NCBI RefSeq assembly: GCF_004010195.1 | Contig: NC_057757.1 | Location: 3,481,851 to 3,534,676, forward strand | Direction of reading: 5' to 3' | Source: Chiloscyllium plagiosum | Taxonomy: Eukaryota | DNA: 52,826 bases | Shown here: positions 10,665-22,125 of the stretch, in pieces | Numbering within the stretch: the stretch's first letter is position 1 | Layout: every line of letters begins with the position of its first letter | Program-made: the position numbers and the translations under genes | The notes under the pieces: model-generated | Told to the model about the DNA's origin: nothing | What the model saw: the letters and a program-made list of their open reading frames with translations, nothing else | Database searches by the model: none

Positions 10665-12352
10665 TATGTTAGGATGAGATGTGAAGGCTCAGTTAGGGCG
10701 CCTGAGGATTACAAGTAGCCAGGAAAGACCTAAAGAGAGAGCTCAGAAGAGCCAAGAGGAGACATGAGAAGTTGTTGGTGGATAGGATCAGGGTAAACCC
10801 TAAGGCTTTCTATAGGTATTTAAGGAATAAAAGAATGACGAGAGTAAGATTAGGGCCAATCAAAGATAGTAGTGGGAAGTTGTGTGTGGAGTCAGAGGCA
10901 ATAGGGGAAGCACTAAATGAATATTTTTCAACAGTATTCACTCTAGAAAACAACAATGTAGTCGAGGAGAATACTGAGATACAGACTACTGGACTAGGTG
11001 GGATTGAGGTTCACAAGGAAGAGGTATTAGAAATCCTGCAGAGTGTGAGAGTAGATAAGTCCCCTGGGCCAGATGGGGTTTATCCTTGGATCCTCTGGGA
11101 AGCCAGGGAGGAGATTGCCGATCCTTTGGAATTGATCTTTAAATCGCTAATGTCTACAGGAATAGTGCCAGAAGACTGGAGGATATCAAATGTGGTTCCC
11201 CTGTTCAAGAAGGGGAGTAGAGACAACCCTGGTAATTATAGACCAGTGAGCCTTACTTCAGTTGTTGGTAAAGTGTTGGAAAAGGTTAACAGAGATAGGA
11301 TTTATAATCATCTAGAAAAGAATAATTTGATTAAGGATAGTCAGCACGGTTTTGTGAAGGGTAGGTTGTGCCTCACAAACCTTATTGAGTTCTTTGAGAA
11401 GGTGACCAAACAGGCAGATGAGAGTAAACCAGTTGATGTGGTGTATATGGATTTCAGCAGGGAATTCAATAAGATTCCCCACAGTAAGCTATTGTACAAA
11501 ATGCGGAGGAATGGGATTGTGGGAGATATAGCAGTTTGGATCAGTAATNNNNNNNNNNNNNNNNNNNNNNNNNNNNNNNNNNNNNNNNNNNNNNNNNNNN
11601 NNNNNNNNNNNNNNNNNNNNNNNNNNNNNNNNNNNNNNNNNNNNNNNNNNNNNNNNNNNNNNNNNNNNNNNNNNNNNNNNNNNNNNNNNNNNNNNNNNNN
11701 NNNNNNNNNNNNNNNNNNNNNNNNNNNNNNNNNNNNNNNNNNNNNNNNNNNNNNNNNNNNNNNNNNNNNNNNNNNNNNNNNNNNNNNNNNNNNNNNNNNN
11801 NNNNNNNNNNNNNNNNNNNNNNNNNNNNNNNNNNNNNNNNNNNNNNNNNNNNNNNNNNNNNNNNNNNNNNNNNNNNNNNNNNNNNNNNNNNNNNNNNNNN
11901 NNNNNNNNNNNNNNNNNNNNNNNNNNNNNNNNNNNNNNNNNNNNNNNNNNNNNNNNNNNNNNNNNNNNNNNNNNNNNNNNNNNNNNNNNNNNNNNNNNNN
12001 NNNNNNNNNNNAAGATAATCAGAGGGTTAGACAGGGTGGACAGGGAGAGCCTTTTTCCCCGAGTATAGTGATGGCAAGCACAAGGGGGCATAGCTTTAAA
12101 TTGAGGGGTGATAGATATAGGGCAGATATCAGAGGTATTTTCTTTACTCAGAGAGTAGTAAGGGTATGGAATGCTTTGCCTGCAACGGTAGTAGATTTGC
12201 CAACTTTAAGTACATTTAAGTCATCATTGGACAAGCATATGGACATACATGGAATAGTGTAGGTTAGATGGGCTTCAGATTGACATGACAGGTCGGCGCA
12301 ACATCGAGGGCTGAAGGGCCTATACTGCGCTGGAATGTTCTATGTTCTATGT
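10665..12352 (+). mobile_element. CR1-type LINE ORF2 (reverse transcriptase) to 3' tail, spanning an assembly gap
   Basis: Open frame with KSPGPDG, VVPLFKKG, NYRPVSLTSVVGK, SQHGF, DVVYMDF. After the gap come the C-terminus and the (TGTTCTA)n tail. Confidence 0.95.
11549..12010. other. Assembly gap (462 N)
   Basis: Run of N. Confidence 1.
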
Positions 12353-13269
12353 TCTTATAGAAACATGTAAAATTATGAAGGGAATGAATAAGATAGAAAC
12401 AGGGAAGTTGCTGGCAGGTGAAGTTAGAACTAGGGGGGATAGCCGCAAACTAAGGGGGAGCAGATTTCAGACTCAGTTGAGGAGGAACATCTTCACACAG
12501 AGGCCTGTGAATCTGTGGAATTCCCTGCCTAGGGAAGCAGTTGAGGCCACCTTGTTGAACATTGATAGATAGGTTTTGGAACAGGAAAGGAATTAAGGGC
12601 GAGTGAGTGGTAAGGGGAGCTGAGTCCACAAGAAAGATCAGCCATGATCTTATTGAATGGTGGGGCAGGCCCGAGGGGCCAAATGGCCTACTCCTGCTCC
12701 TGTTCCTCCTCTGACCACAGATCTGTTGCAGTCCAAAACGTAGGCCATTAGGCCCATCGTGTCTGCTGCTAGCTCTCCGGATGAGGAAATTACCGCCACG
12801 CCTTTCTCGCTGGGGGTAGCTGCGTGTGTGTGCCCTTGCTTTCTCACGAGCGTCCTTCATCCCTTTTCAATCGAACACATCCCCTCCACACTCGCAGGCA
12901 GCACATCCCCAAACCCAACCACTCGCTATGGTGGTTGAAGAAATGTTTCACCTTGCGAGGCCGAGACTGTGGGTGATGGGACTGGAAGTTTGCATCCTCA
13001 TATTCCAGGCCTCTGGATATCAAAGCCAGCATTCCATTAGCTTCCTTTCTAGATTGCAAGTGAATTGCAAGAGGCTAAATTCGAGGCTAAACTTTAAGAA
13101 TTCCTACTGTGTGGAAGTAGGCCATTTGGCCCATCAAGTCCACACTGATGGAAAGTAACTGACACTTGGCCCCACTCAGCACTCCACGTTCTTCCCCAGT
13201 CGATGTTTAACCACTGCAGTTTTTCCCGTCCTATGCCTCATGCCAGCTTCCTGCCCTCTGCAAGATACC

Positions 13270-13900
13270 ATTCCCATTCTCTAAAGTTAAGGGGAAATCC
13301 TGTCTGACCAACGTGATTGAACTTTTCAATAAAGCTGGCCACGCCTGAGGAGTTGGGAGGTCATATTGCAGCTGTACAGGACATTGGTTAGGCCACTTTT
13401 GGGATACTGCATTCAATTCGGACCTCGCTGCTACATGAAGGATGTTGTGAAACCTGAAACGGTGCAGAAAAGATTTACAAGGACGTTGATGGGGTTGGAG
13501 GGTTTGAGCGATAGGGAGAGGCTGAATAGGCTGGGGCTGTTTTTCCTGGATTGTCAGAAGGATAACCTTATTGAAGTTTATAAAATCATTAGGGGCATGG
13601 ATAGAGTAAGTAGACAAGATCTTTTCCCCAGGGTAGGGGAATCCAAAACTAGAGAGCATACGTGAGAGGGAAAAGACTTAAGGGGAACTTATGGGGCAAC
13701 TTTTTAATGCAGAGGCTGGTGTGTTATGAAATGAGCTGCCAGAGGAAGTGGTGGAGGCTGGTACAATTACAGCATTTAAAAGGCATCTGGATGGGTATAT
13801 GAATAGGAAGTGTTGAGAGGGATATGGGCCAAGTGCTGGTAAATGGGACTAGATTAGGATGTCTGGTCACCATGTTCGAGTTGGACCAAAGGATCAATGA
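13270..13900 (+). mobile_element. CR1/HER1-like LINE fragments
   Basis: QLYRTLVRPLLGYCIQF...NLIEVYKIIRGMDRV plus 3'UTR. Confidence 0.85.
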
Positions 13901-14152
13901 CTGAGGACATAGATTGAAGGGAAGGGGCAGGAGGTCTTGAGGGGATTTAAGGATAGTTTCACCAGAGGGTGGTGGGGATCTGGAACTCACTGGTTGTGAA
14001 GATGGGGGGAAGCACTGTACTGGAAAATGGAATTAGAATTAGGTGGTTGCTTATGACCAGCAGAGACTGGATGAGTCGAAGAGTCTTTGTCTGTGCTGCA
14101 GACCTATAAATCAATGACTGCACCTCGATCAAGCCTCCTTTCTCTCCTCCAG

Positions 14153-14199
14153 GAAAAACTGATGGAGAACGTTGGAAAAGCGAAGACTAAAGAGCAAAG
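14153..14199 (+). CDS. Candidate short internal exon (EKLMENVGKAKTKEQ)
   Basis: Strong acceptor cctcctttctctcctccAG and donor AAG|GTTAGT. Its phase-0 start is compatible with 10240-10363. Confidence 0.35.
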
Positions 14200-14794
14200 G
14201 TTAGTTGGCAACGGTTTCCCCACAATGAGCTCACACACCAAGGAATTCCTGACCACAGTCACTGGAAGAAAGCCAACCCATAATCCAGAGAAATACTTGA
14301 CAAAGTGCAATCGCAGAGCAGGGAAAAGGCAACGGACTGAGGCTGAAGATTGTCGGACAGGGGGAGGTGGGAAATTGGAGAGGAAGGAGCAGAGGCAAAG
14401 TGGCGACACGGTCTGATGGGCCAAATGGCCTCTGTCAGTTCTAAAACCGGACTCTCCTCCACGCAGAGTGACAACCTCCGCTAACTGTAATAGCATTCGA
14501 AATGATCTACTCCCTATGGAAGTAATCAAGGGAAGCTTGGAATAGCTGAATCCTTGAGCGCCATGGAATGGGCTTGCATCAGACGTATGAAATGAACCAC
14601 GTGTGAGATGAGTGGAGCCTGTGAATTTGGTAGATCATCTCTCTACGAGCGCTGGAGTGGAATATTTCTCTTCTTACATTCCAAATTCCAAATTGATGAA
14701 GAAACCAGCCTGGCTGACTGGTTTGTGTGGGCCCCTTGCCAGCATTGTTTAGTATCCCACGTTGTTAACCTTTTCAATGCTCACATCCCATTAC

Positions 14795-15075
14795 CCAGGC
14801 CTCACTGCTAATGTTCTGGGGAGCTGGGTTCAAATCCCAGCACGGCAGATGGCAGGATTCAAATTCAATAAAGGTCTGGAATGAGAGGCTGATGGTGACC
14901 ATGAATCCATTGTCGGAAAACCCCATCTGGGTCACTAATGTCCTTTAGGGAAGAAAACTGCCATCCTTATCTGGTCAGGCCTACATGTGACTCCGGCCCC
15001 ACAGCGATGTGGTTGGCTCTGAACTGACCTCTGGGCAATTAGGGGATGGGCAATAAATGCTGGGCTTGGCCACAC
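14795..15075 (+). mobile_element. tRNA-derived SINE family 2 (SlmI/MetaSINE-like)
   Basis: B-box GGTTCAAATCCC, core AAAACCCCATCTGG...GACTCC, tail GGCAATAAATGCTGG. Confidence 0.75.
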
Positions 15076-15679
15076 CCTGAACCCCCAGCCTCAGTGTGGA
15101 CTTGACCTGAAACCCAGAGTCGAGAGTATTGTGCTGGAAAAACACAGCCAGCATCCGAGGGGCAGTAGAGTTGACATTTCAGGCATAAGCCTTTCTTCAA
15201 GGATTAGCCCATTTTATCAGATTCCCCACAGTGAGATTTGAACACATGCTCCTCGGTATTAGCTGGGGGTTTTGAGCTGCTAGTCCAATGTGTTACCACT
15301 ACACCATTCCCACTGCAGTATCCAGCATCTGCAGTCCTCACTTTCTCCTAGTCTGGTCTGGATTGGCAGGACTGTTATTCCAAACTCTCATTTCTCTATT
15401 TTTCTAATTTAATGCTGGAATTCTTATTACTTTACCTTTCTCATTCCTTTCTCGAAGAATTTGTAACTTAAGAGTCGTGTACCTTGGCATCTAAGAAGGC
15501 ACCTTAACTGGCGACTTGTCAACCTTTCACTGTACTCCAGTAACAGTAAAGTAAATTCTAATTCTAAAAATAAACATCCCCCCTGCTTCAGAGGACAAAC
15601 AATTCTGAACGGGTTGGTTAGAAAACTTGGTTAAATTAAAAAGAATAAAAGGCCCATGATTGGCTGTATCTGTTAATAA

Positions 15680-16165
15680 TCACAGAATCTCCTACAGTGT
15701 GGAAACAGGCCATTCAGCCCATGTCCACCCTCCACCCTCCAAAGAGTAACCCACACAGACCCATTTCCCTACATTTATCTCTGACTAATGCACCTAACCT
15801 TCACATTCCTGGACACTATGGGACAATTTAGCACAACCAATTCACCCTAACCTGCACATCCCTGGACACTATGGGACAACTTAGTACGGCCAATCCACCC
15901 TAACCTGCACATCCCTGGACACTATGGGACAAATTAGCACGGCCAATCCACCCTAACCTGCACATCCCTGGACACTATGAGACAATTTAGCACAGCCAAT
16001 CCACCCTAACCTGCACATCCTTTGGACTGTGGGAGGAAACCAGAGCAAACCCATGCAGACACGGGGAGAATGTGCAAACTCCACACAGACAGTCGCCCAA
16101 GGTTGGAATCAAACCCAAGTCCCTGGTGCTGTGAGGCAGCTGTGCTCACCACTGAGCCAAGGTGC
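15680..16165 (-). mobile_element. HE1 V-SINE with ~4 tandem copies of the internal 53-bp unit
   Basis: Repeated CCTAACCTGCACATCCCTGGACACTATGGGACAATTTAGCAC...CCAATCCAC. Confidence 0.9.
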
Positions 16166-16261
16166 ATAGTGAAAAATCAAGAAAGGACATGCAAATTACA
16201 ACAGGCAACTTGCCAGAGCTTCAAGGCTATGTGAAATGTCAGCAACGTTTGCTTTATAATA

Positions 16262-16790
16262 TTTTGATTTGATTTATTATTGTCACATCCACCTCGGTAC
16301 AGTGAAAAGCTTTGTTTTGCATGCAGCACAGGCTGATTATACTGCACAAAGGACTTTGGGGACATAGAAGAGAGTGAGGAATATAATGGTACAGCTGCAG
16401 AGAAGGTGCACAAAGATTAAGGTCAAAATTAAATTTAAAATTTGAGAGGTCCACTCAGAAGTCTAATGACAACGAGGAAGAAGCTGTACCTGAAACTGTC
16501 AGTACGTGGGTATAAGCTTCAGTATCACCGGGGCAAGAAGGTCTTTGATGATGTTGGCTGCCTTCCTGAGGCAGTGGAAAGTGTAGATGGAGTCAATGGA
16601 AGGAAGGTTGTGCGATGGACGGGCCTGTGTTCACAACTCTCTGACGGTCCTGGGCAGAGCCATATCAATCTGTGACACTTCCAGAAATAATGTTTTCTGT
16701 AAATATTGTTAAGAGTCCTTACAGACATTTCCTAAACCTCCTGAGAAAGCAGAGGTATTGTTATGCTGTCTTAACCATTGCAACAATGTG
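16262..16790 (-). mobile_element. Rex1/Babar-like LINE 3' fragment
   Basis: Tail CTTTTCACTGTACC...GTGACAATAATAAATCAAATC. The body is similar to 46725-47255. Confidence 0.65.
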
Positions 16791-17361
16791 GTTGGGGCCG
16801 GGTCACAGAGTTGGTGTCTTAAACATTGAGAGGAAGGATTGTATCAGATAGAAGGAGACTCGGAAATGTTTCATGGACTTTCATGTGAAGATAAAGCTCA
16901 ACAAATTCAGAGGCAGCCGTTGTTGGCCAATGTTTCTTCCTCAAGGATTTGGGTTCAAGTCCCGCCTTCCTCAGGCATGAAGACATTGGTTAAAAATACC
17001 TACCAGACAAGTTTAAACCAAATTTTAATGGTTTTTATTCAGGGAGTGCAATTGAGGAAAGAACACATAATGATACTTAGTGTAGCAGTGTAAACACATG
17101 AACACATTCATTAGGTGTAAGTAGAGGGTGATGGTGTGATAATGCCATATTATAGAGAACTAATTAACTTCGCAATTATACAGGCCACCAGAGCTTACTG
17201 AGGGGTTTTTAGCACATCTTCTTGAGGTTACCTTGAGCAGCTAAGACAACAAACCCACTTCCAACACTGAGTGCATGCAATTCAGGACTCACTCTCATTG
17301 ACCCAGTTTATAATGGGATCTTTCAGTGCTTATTAACCAGGTGGCTCAAAATGTGGATGAG

Positions 17362-18395
17362 TGATTTTATTGTCACGTGAATTTTACAGCGAGAAAAATA
17401 CAGTGAAGTTTCATCACTGTTGCCATAATCAGATGCCATTTTGTACTGTTGCCATGATCTAACACCATTTTACACTGTTGCCATGGTCTGATACCATTTT
17501 GTACTGTTGCCATGATCCAACACCATTTTGTACTGTTGCCGTGGTCTGACACCATTTTGCACTGTTGCCATGATCTGACGCCATTTTGTACTGTTGCCAT
17601 GATCCAACGCCATTTTGCACTGTTGCCATAATCCGATGTCATTTTGTACTGTTGCCATGATACAACACCATTTTGTACTGTTGCCATGATACAACACCAT
17701 TTTGTACTGTTGCCATGATCTAACACCATTTTGTACTGTTGCCATGATCTAACACCATTTTGCACTGTTGCCATGATCTGACGCCATTTTGTACTGTTGC
17801 CATGATACAACACCATTTTGTACTGTTGCCATAGTATGACACCATTTTGCACTGTTGCCATGATCTGACCCCATTTTGAATAGTTTTAAGAAAAGGGAAG
17901 AAATCGGAAAGAGATAGCTGAAAGAGAGTCCGTTGGTCATGAGCCAGCTCAGTAGCAACAATGTGTGCACCACCATTCCATCCTCCGCCTCGCCGCCATC
18001 TACTCCGGATCCAACCAACATCGGAGGTGCCATTCTTTGGGTGCCATCTTTGCCCCAAGGCTGATTCCCCTCCACCACTGTCTGACCCGCTGACATCAGA
18101 GGTGCATCTCCCACCGCTGGGCCCACCTCACTGATAGGTGTGTGACACCCTCCCACCGCCAAACCCAGTCCCAACCAACGCTAAAGTCACCATCGCCATT
18201 GAGCCTACCCCACCCCTGCCGATTCTGACACCAGGGTCCCGTGCTCGCCCCAGGTAAGTAACTAGGGGCCCACTCACTGCTGCTGATGCTGTGTGCGCTC
18301 AGGACAGGAGGTAGGTAAAGGAAAGGAGAAGCAAAGAAAACATTGGAGCAGACATGCCCCTGATCAGGAGCCCTACCCTGCTGCCATCTTGATGC
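17362..18395 (-). mobile_element. Putative non-autonomous element (AAGATGGC head, GC-rich body, Rex/Babar-like tail) carrying a 29-bp minisatellite
   Basis: Head matches 6300-6368. Tail TTCACTGTA...CACGTGACAATAAA matches the Rex/Babar tails at 16262 and 46745. Confidence 0.5.
17415..17878. repeat. 29-bp minisatellite, ~16 copies
   Basis: Unit CCATTTTGTACTGTTGCCATGATCTAACA. Confidence 0.95.
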
Positions 18396-18545
18396 CAACT
18401 TGAAAATTACTAGGAACAGAGGCAGGTAGCTGACACTTTCTCTCTTCCATTCTTCAGGCCGGTGAAAGGTTTCAAAACAGTTTATCCAACAGGAGGCTGA
18501 TTTCCATTTTTTATTCATGAGCGGGACACATTGGCAATGCCAACT

Positions 18546-18845
18546 GGGATGGCGCAGTGGCGCTCCTGCGGTTAGCACCGCTGCCTCCCGGCGCCAGGCA
18601 ACCCGGGTCTGATCCCACTCTCAGGGTGACTGTGTCGGTGCGGAGTGTGCACATTCTCCCCCATGTCTGCTTCCTCCAGGCACTCCGGTTTCCTTCCACA
18701 GTCCAAAGGTGTGCAGGTTAGGGCGGATTGGCCGCACTACATTGTCTCTGAAGCATTCAGGGACATGCGGGCTGTGTGGGTTGGTCATGGGTGAAATGCA
18801 GTGTTACAGGGATAGGGTGAGTCTAGGCGGGATGCTTTTTGGAGG
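18546..18845 (+). mobile_element. HE1 V-SINE (diverged)
   Basis: tRNA head and V-domain are recognisable. Confidence 0.8.
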
Positions 18846-19314
18846 CTATAGTAGCATCAGCTGCAAGGTATGTGCATCCTGACTGTTGGGTTTCTCTGTA
18901 GCCTGCCTCCCGAGAGTATTTGGCCACTCAATATTCTGAGAGTCAGCTGTGGTTGATAAGCACTTTGCCTGAGGCGAACATCCAATTGGCTGCAGTGGAC
19001 CGGTTTCACGAGCTGATACAGTGTGATGTTCAGGACAGGAAACAAGATAATTGGAACTAAACAGCAAACAACAGGAAAGAGGCAATGAGCAGCAACTAGA
19101 ATGGTACGCAGAGTCTTGCCTATTGATATATATAGAAAGAAATGAGGTGTCCCTCAGGAATGGGCACAGGATGAAATCACATCAAGAAATTCTGAAACAA
19201 AAATGCTGGCAAGACTCAGCAACACCTGTGGAGACAGAGAGAGAAAAACAAAGTTAATGTTTCCAGTCCATCCTCATAACACTTTCTGTGTTCCTTTCAG
19301 CTTCCCAGTATCCA

Positions 19315-19900
19315 TAAGACCATGAGAGGTAGGGAACAGGCTATTCGGCCCCTCCAGTTTGCTCTGCTATTTGATTGCATCGTGGATGGGCTGATATTCC
19401 CCACATCCATTTTCCTGCTCTTTCCCTGTAACCCTTGACCAAGAATCTGTCTCAGCCTTCAATATACACAAGGACTCTGTACCCAACACCCCCCCGAACC
19501 CCACCCCTCCACAGCTCTCTGTGGCAAGGAGCCCCAGAGGCTCTCAACCCTCTGAGGGAAGAGATTCCTCCTCACCTCAGGGGCCCATTTATTCTGAGAC
19601 GGTGTCCTCTGGTGTTAGACTCCTCCATGAGGGGAAGCATCCTCTCAGCACTGACCCTTAAGAATCCGATATGTTTCCATGAGATCACCCTTCTCATTCT
19701 CCTCAACTCCAGGGAGTACAGTCCCAACCTGTTTAGCTTTTGCATGTAAGACACTCCCTCCATCCCGGGGATCATCTCAGTGAACCTTCTCTCTGACTTG
19801 CCTCCCATGAACTGATATCTTTCCCGAAATAAGGAACTGCTCACGGCACACCAGATGTGGTCTCCCCAGCACCTTGTGCGGTTGCAATAAGACTTCCCTT
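19315..19900 (-). mobile_element. Older CR1-type LINE 3' fragment
   Basis: RRFTEMIPGMEGVSYMQKLNRLGLYSLELRRMR...TRGHRLRI. Confidence 0.8.
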
Positions 19901-20115
19901 CTGCAGTACTTTCCATCAAGAAATTCAGATGTTTCTCATGTCGTCTGTTCTCAACCTGTAGCCAGTCCCTCAGCTCATCGTCTACTGATGCCGTGTCCGG
20001 AAGTGTTTTTCTATTCATGGTGTGGTTTTCCCAGAGTTTGCCAGTCTCAGGGTCTCAGTCTAACAGGCAGAATAGGCATTAAACCTCTACCAATGGTTTC
20101 TCTCCAAACTACACA

Positions 20116-20720
20116 GGAGTGAGTTACAGACTGGAATCTAATCGAGGGTTTCAGGGTGGTTTATACACAGAATAACAGATACCCGGGAGTGAGTTACAGA
20201 CTGGAATCTAATCAAGGGGTTCAGGGTGGTTTATATATGGAATAACAGATACCCAGGAGTAAGTTACAGACTGATATCTAATCATGGGTTTCAGGGTGGG
20301 TGATATATAGAATAACAGATACCCGGGAGTGAGTTACAGACTGGAGTTTAATCAAGGGGTTCAGGGTGGGTTATGTACAGAATAACAGATTCCCGGGAGT
20401 GAGTTACAGACTGGGATCTGACCGAGGGGTTCAGGGTGGTTCATATACAGAATAGCAGATACCCGGGAGTGAGTTACAGATTGGAATCTAATCGAGGGGT
20501 TCAGGGTGGTTCATATACAGAATAACAGATACCCGGGAGTGAGTTACAGACTGGAATCTAATCGGGGGATTCAGGGTGGTCTATATACAGAATAATTGAT
20601 ACCTGGGAGTGAGTTACAGATTGGAATCTAATCGAGGGTTTCAGGGTGGTTTATACACAGAATAACAGATACCCGGGAGTGAGTTACAGACTGGAATCTA
20701 ATCGAGGGATTCAGGGTGGG
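20116..20720. repeat. 70-bp minisatellite, ~8.7 copies
   Basis: GAGTTACAGA recurs every 70 bp from 20121 to 20681. Unit GGGAGTGAGTTACAGACTGGAATCTAATCGAGGGGTTCAGGGTGGTTTATATACAGAATAACAGATACCC. Confidence 0.95.
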
Positions 20721-20809
20721 TGTGGTATATCTCCTGCCTGGCATTTTTGATACAAACTTCAATCTGTGTGAACCGCTTATGACTGCCTCCTTGCCAGCGA
20801 TGCACAGGG

Positions 20810-21100
20810 GAGGAGGTATCCTGGTGACTTTATCGCCAGACTATTCACTGACAGACCCTGGTTCTGTTTCGGGGACCTGAGCTCCAACCCTGCTGGGGCA
20901 GGGAGTGGAATTTGAATTCGCCAGCGAGAGTCTGGCCATGACCGTTACTGGGTAACAATCCAACTGGCTCCTTTCCGGGAAGGAAATCTGCTCTTCTGGC
21001 CCACACATAGGACCCACAGCCAATGTGGCCGAGCCTTAACTGTCCTCTGGCCTGTTCAGGTGGGCAATAATTTCTTGGTCTGCCACGTCCAGTGAATGAC
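20810..21100 (+). mobile_element. tRNA-derived SINE family 2 (diverged)
   Basis: GGAATTTGAATTC...GGGAAGGAAATCTGC...GACCCACAGC...GGGCAATAA. Confidence 0.6.
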
Positions 21101-21677
21101 TAAAAAATTTTATGATCGTTTTCACTTCCTTGACGTTCCTGAAGAAAGACAATATGCACTTTGTCCAGGCTGCACTAAGGCCGAGAGCAAACGCTTCCAG
21201 GCACTCAGCCAGCTAAGCAGGGAAGCTCAGGTTCTTTCCTAACACATCTGGCTGTTTGCTGTCTGTGATGACCTTCCCTACGTTGTCCAACTTCCACATT
21301 CCTAACCATCCCCAACTACCCCCAGATCCCCTGTTTAGCAGGAATCTATTTTAGTGGCACCTTAACAATACTTAAGGGTCCCGGGTAGACAGGGTAGTGA
21401 AGAAGGAATGCCTCATCTTCTGCCTCGGAACACTTCAACCCCATGGCATCAATGTGGATTTCACCAGTTTCCTCATTTCCCCTTCTCCCACCTCACCCCA
21501 GCTCCAAGCTTCCAGCTCAGCACTGCCCTCATGACCTGTCCTACCTGCCTATCTTCCTTTCCACCTATCCACTCCACCCTCCTCCTTGACCTATCACCTT
21601 TATCCCCACCCCCATTCACCTGTTGTACTCTTTTCTACCTTCCCCCACCGTTCTCTCTGGCCTATCACCTCCATCTC

Positions 21678-21999
21678 TGGGCGGCACGGTGGCACAGTGG
21701 TTAGCACTGCCGCCTCACAGCGCCAGAGGCCCGGGTTCAATTCCCGCCTCAGGCAACTGACTGTGTGGAGTTTGCACGTTCTCCCCGTGTCTGCGTGGGT
21801 TTCCTCCAGGTGCTCCGGTTTCCTCCCACAGTCCAAAGATGTGCAGGTCAGGTGAATTGGCCATGCTAAATTGCCGGTAGTGTTAGGTAAGGGGTAAATG
21901 TAGGGGTATGGGTGGGTTACGCTTCGGCGGATCGGTGTGGACTTGTTGGGCCGAAGGGCCTGTTTCCACACTGTAATGTAATCTAATCTAAATCTAAAT
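21678..21999 (+). mobile_element. HE1 V-SINE, young CpG-rich copy
   Basis: Intact A and B boxes, CpGs retained, (AATCT)n tail; nested in the PLE. Confidence 0.95.
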
Positions 22000-22097
22000 C
22001 CCCACCCCCATTCACTATTGTAATCTATGCTACTTTCTCCCCACATCCAGCCCCCTCTCATTTATCTCTCCACTCTGCAGGCACCCTGGGTCTATTC

Positions 22098-22125
22098 CTG
22101 ATGAAGGGCTTTTGCCCGAAACGTC
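22098..22125 (+). ncRNA. Minimal hammerhead ribozyme motif (family 1)
   Basis: CTGATGA-A-GGGC(tttt)GCCC-GAA-ACGT-C in the PLE terminal repeat. Confidence 0.7.

Noticed and set aside
10772..12262. 496-aa 'intact' RT ORF
   Set aside because: It reads through 462 N. The equivalent interval in the copy at 40510-41770 is over 700 bp, so frame continuity is an artefact.
17373..17861. Repetitive ORFs (MATVQNG...)
   Set aside because: Translation of the 29-bp minisatellite.
18138..18253. Exon candidate with a perfect CAG|GTAAGT donor
   Set aside because: Inside the same putative repeat family, with a weak acceptor, and its phase does not follow the 14153-14199 candidate.
21678..21750. tRNA-like sequences at HE1 5' ends
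   Set aside because: SINE heads, not tRNA genes.
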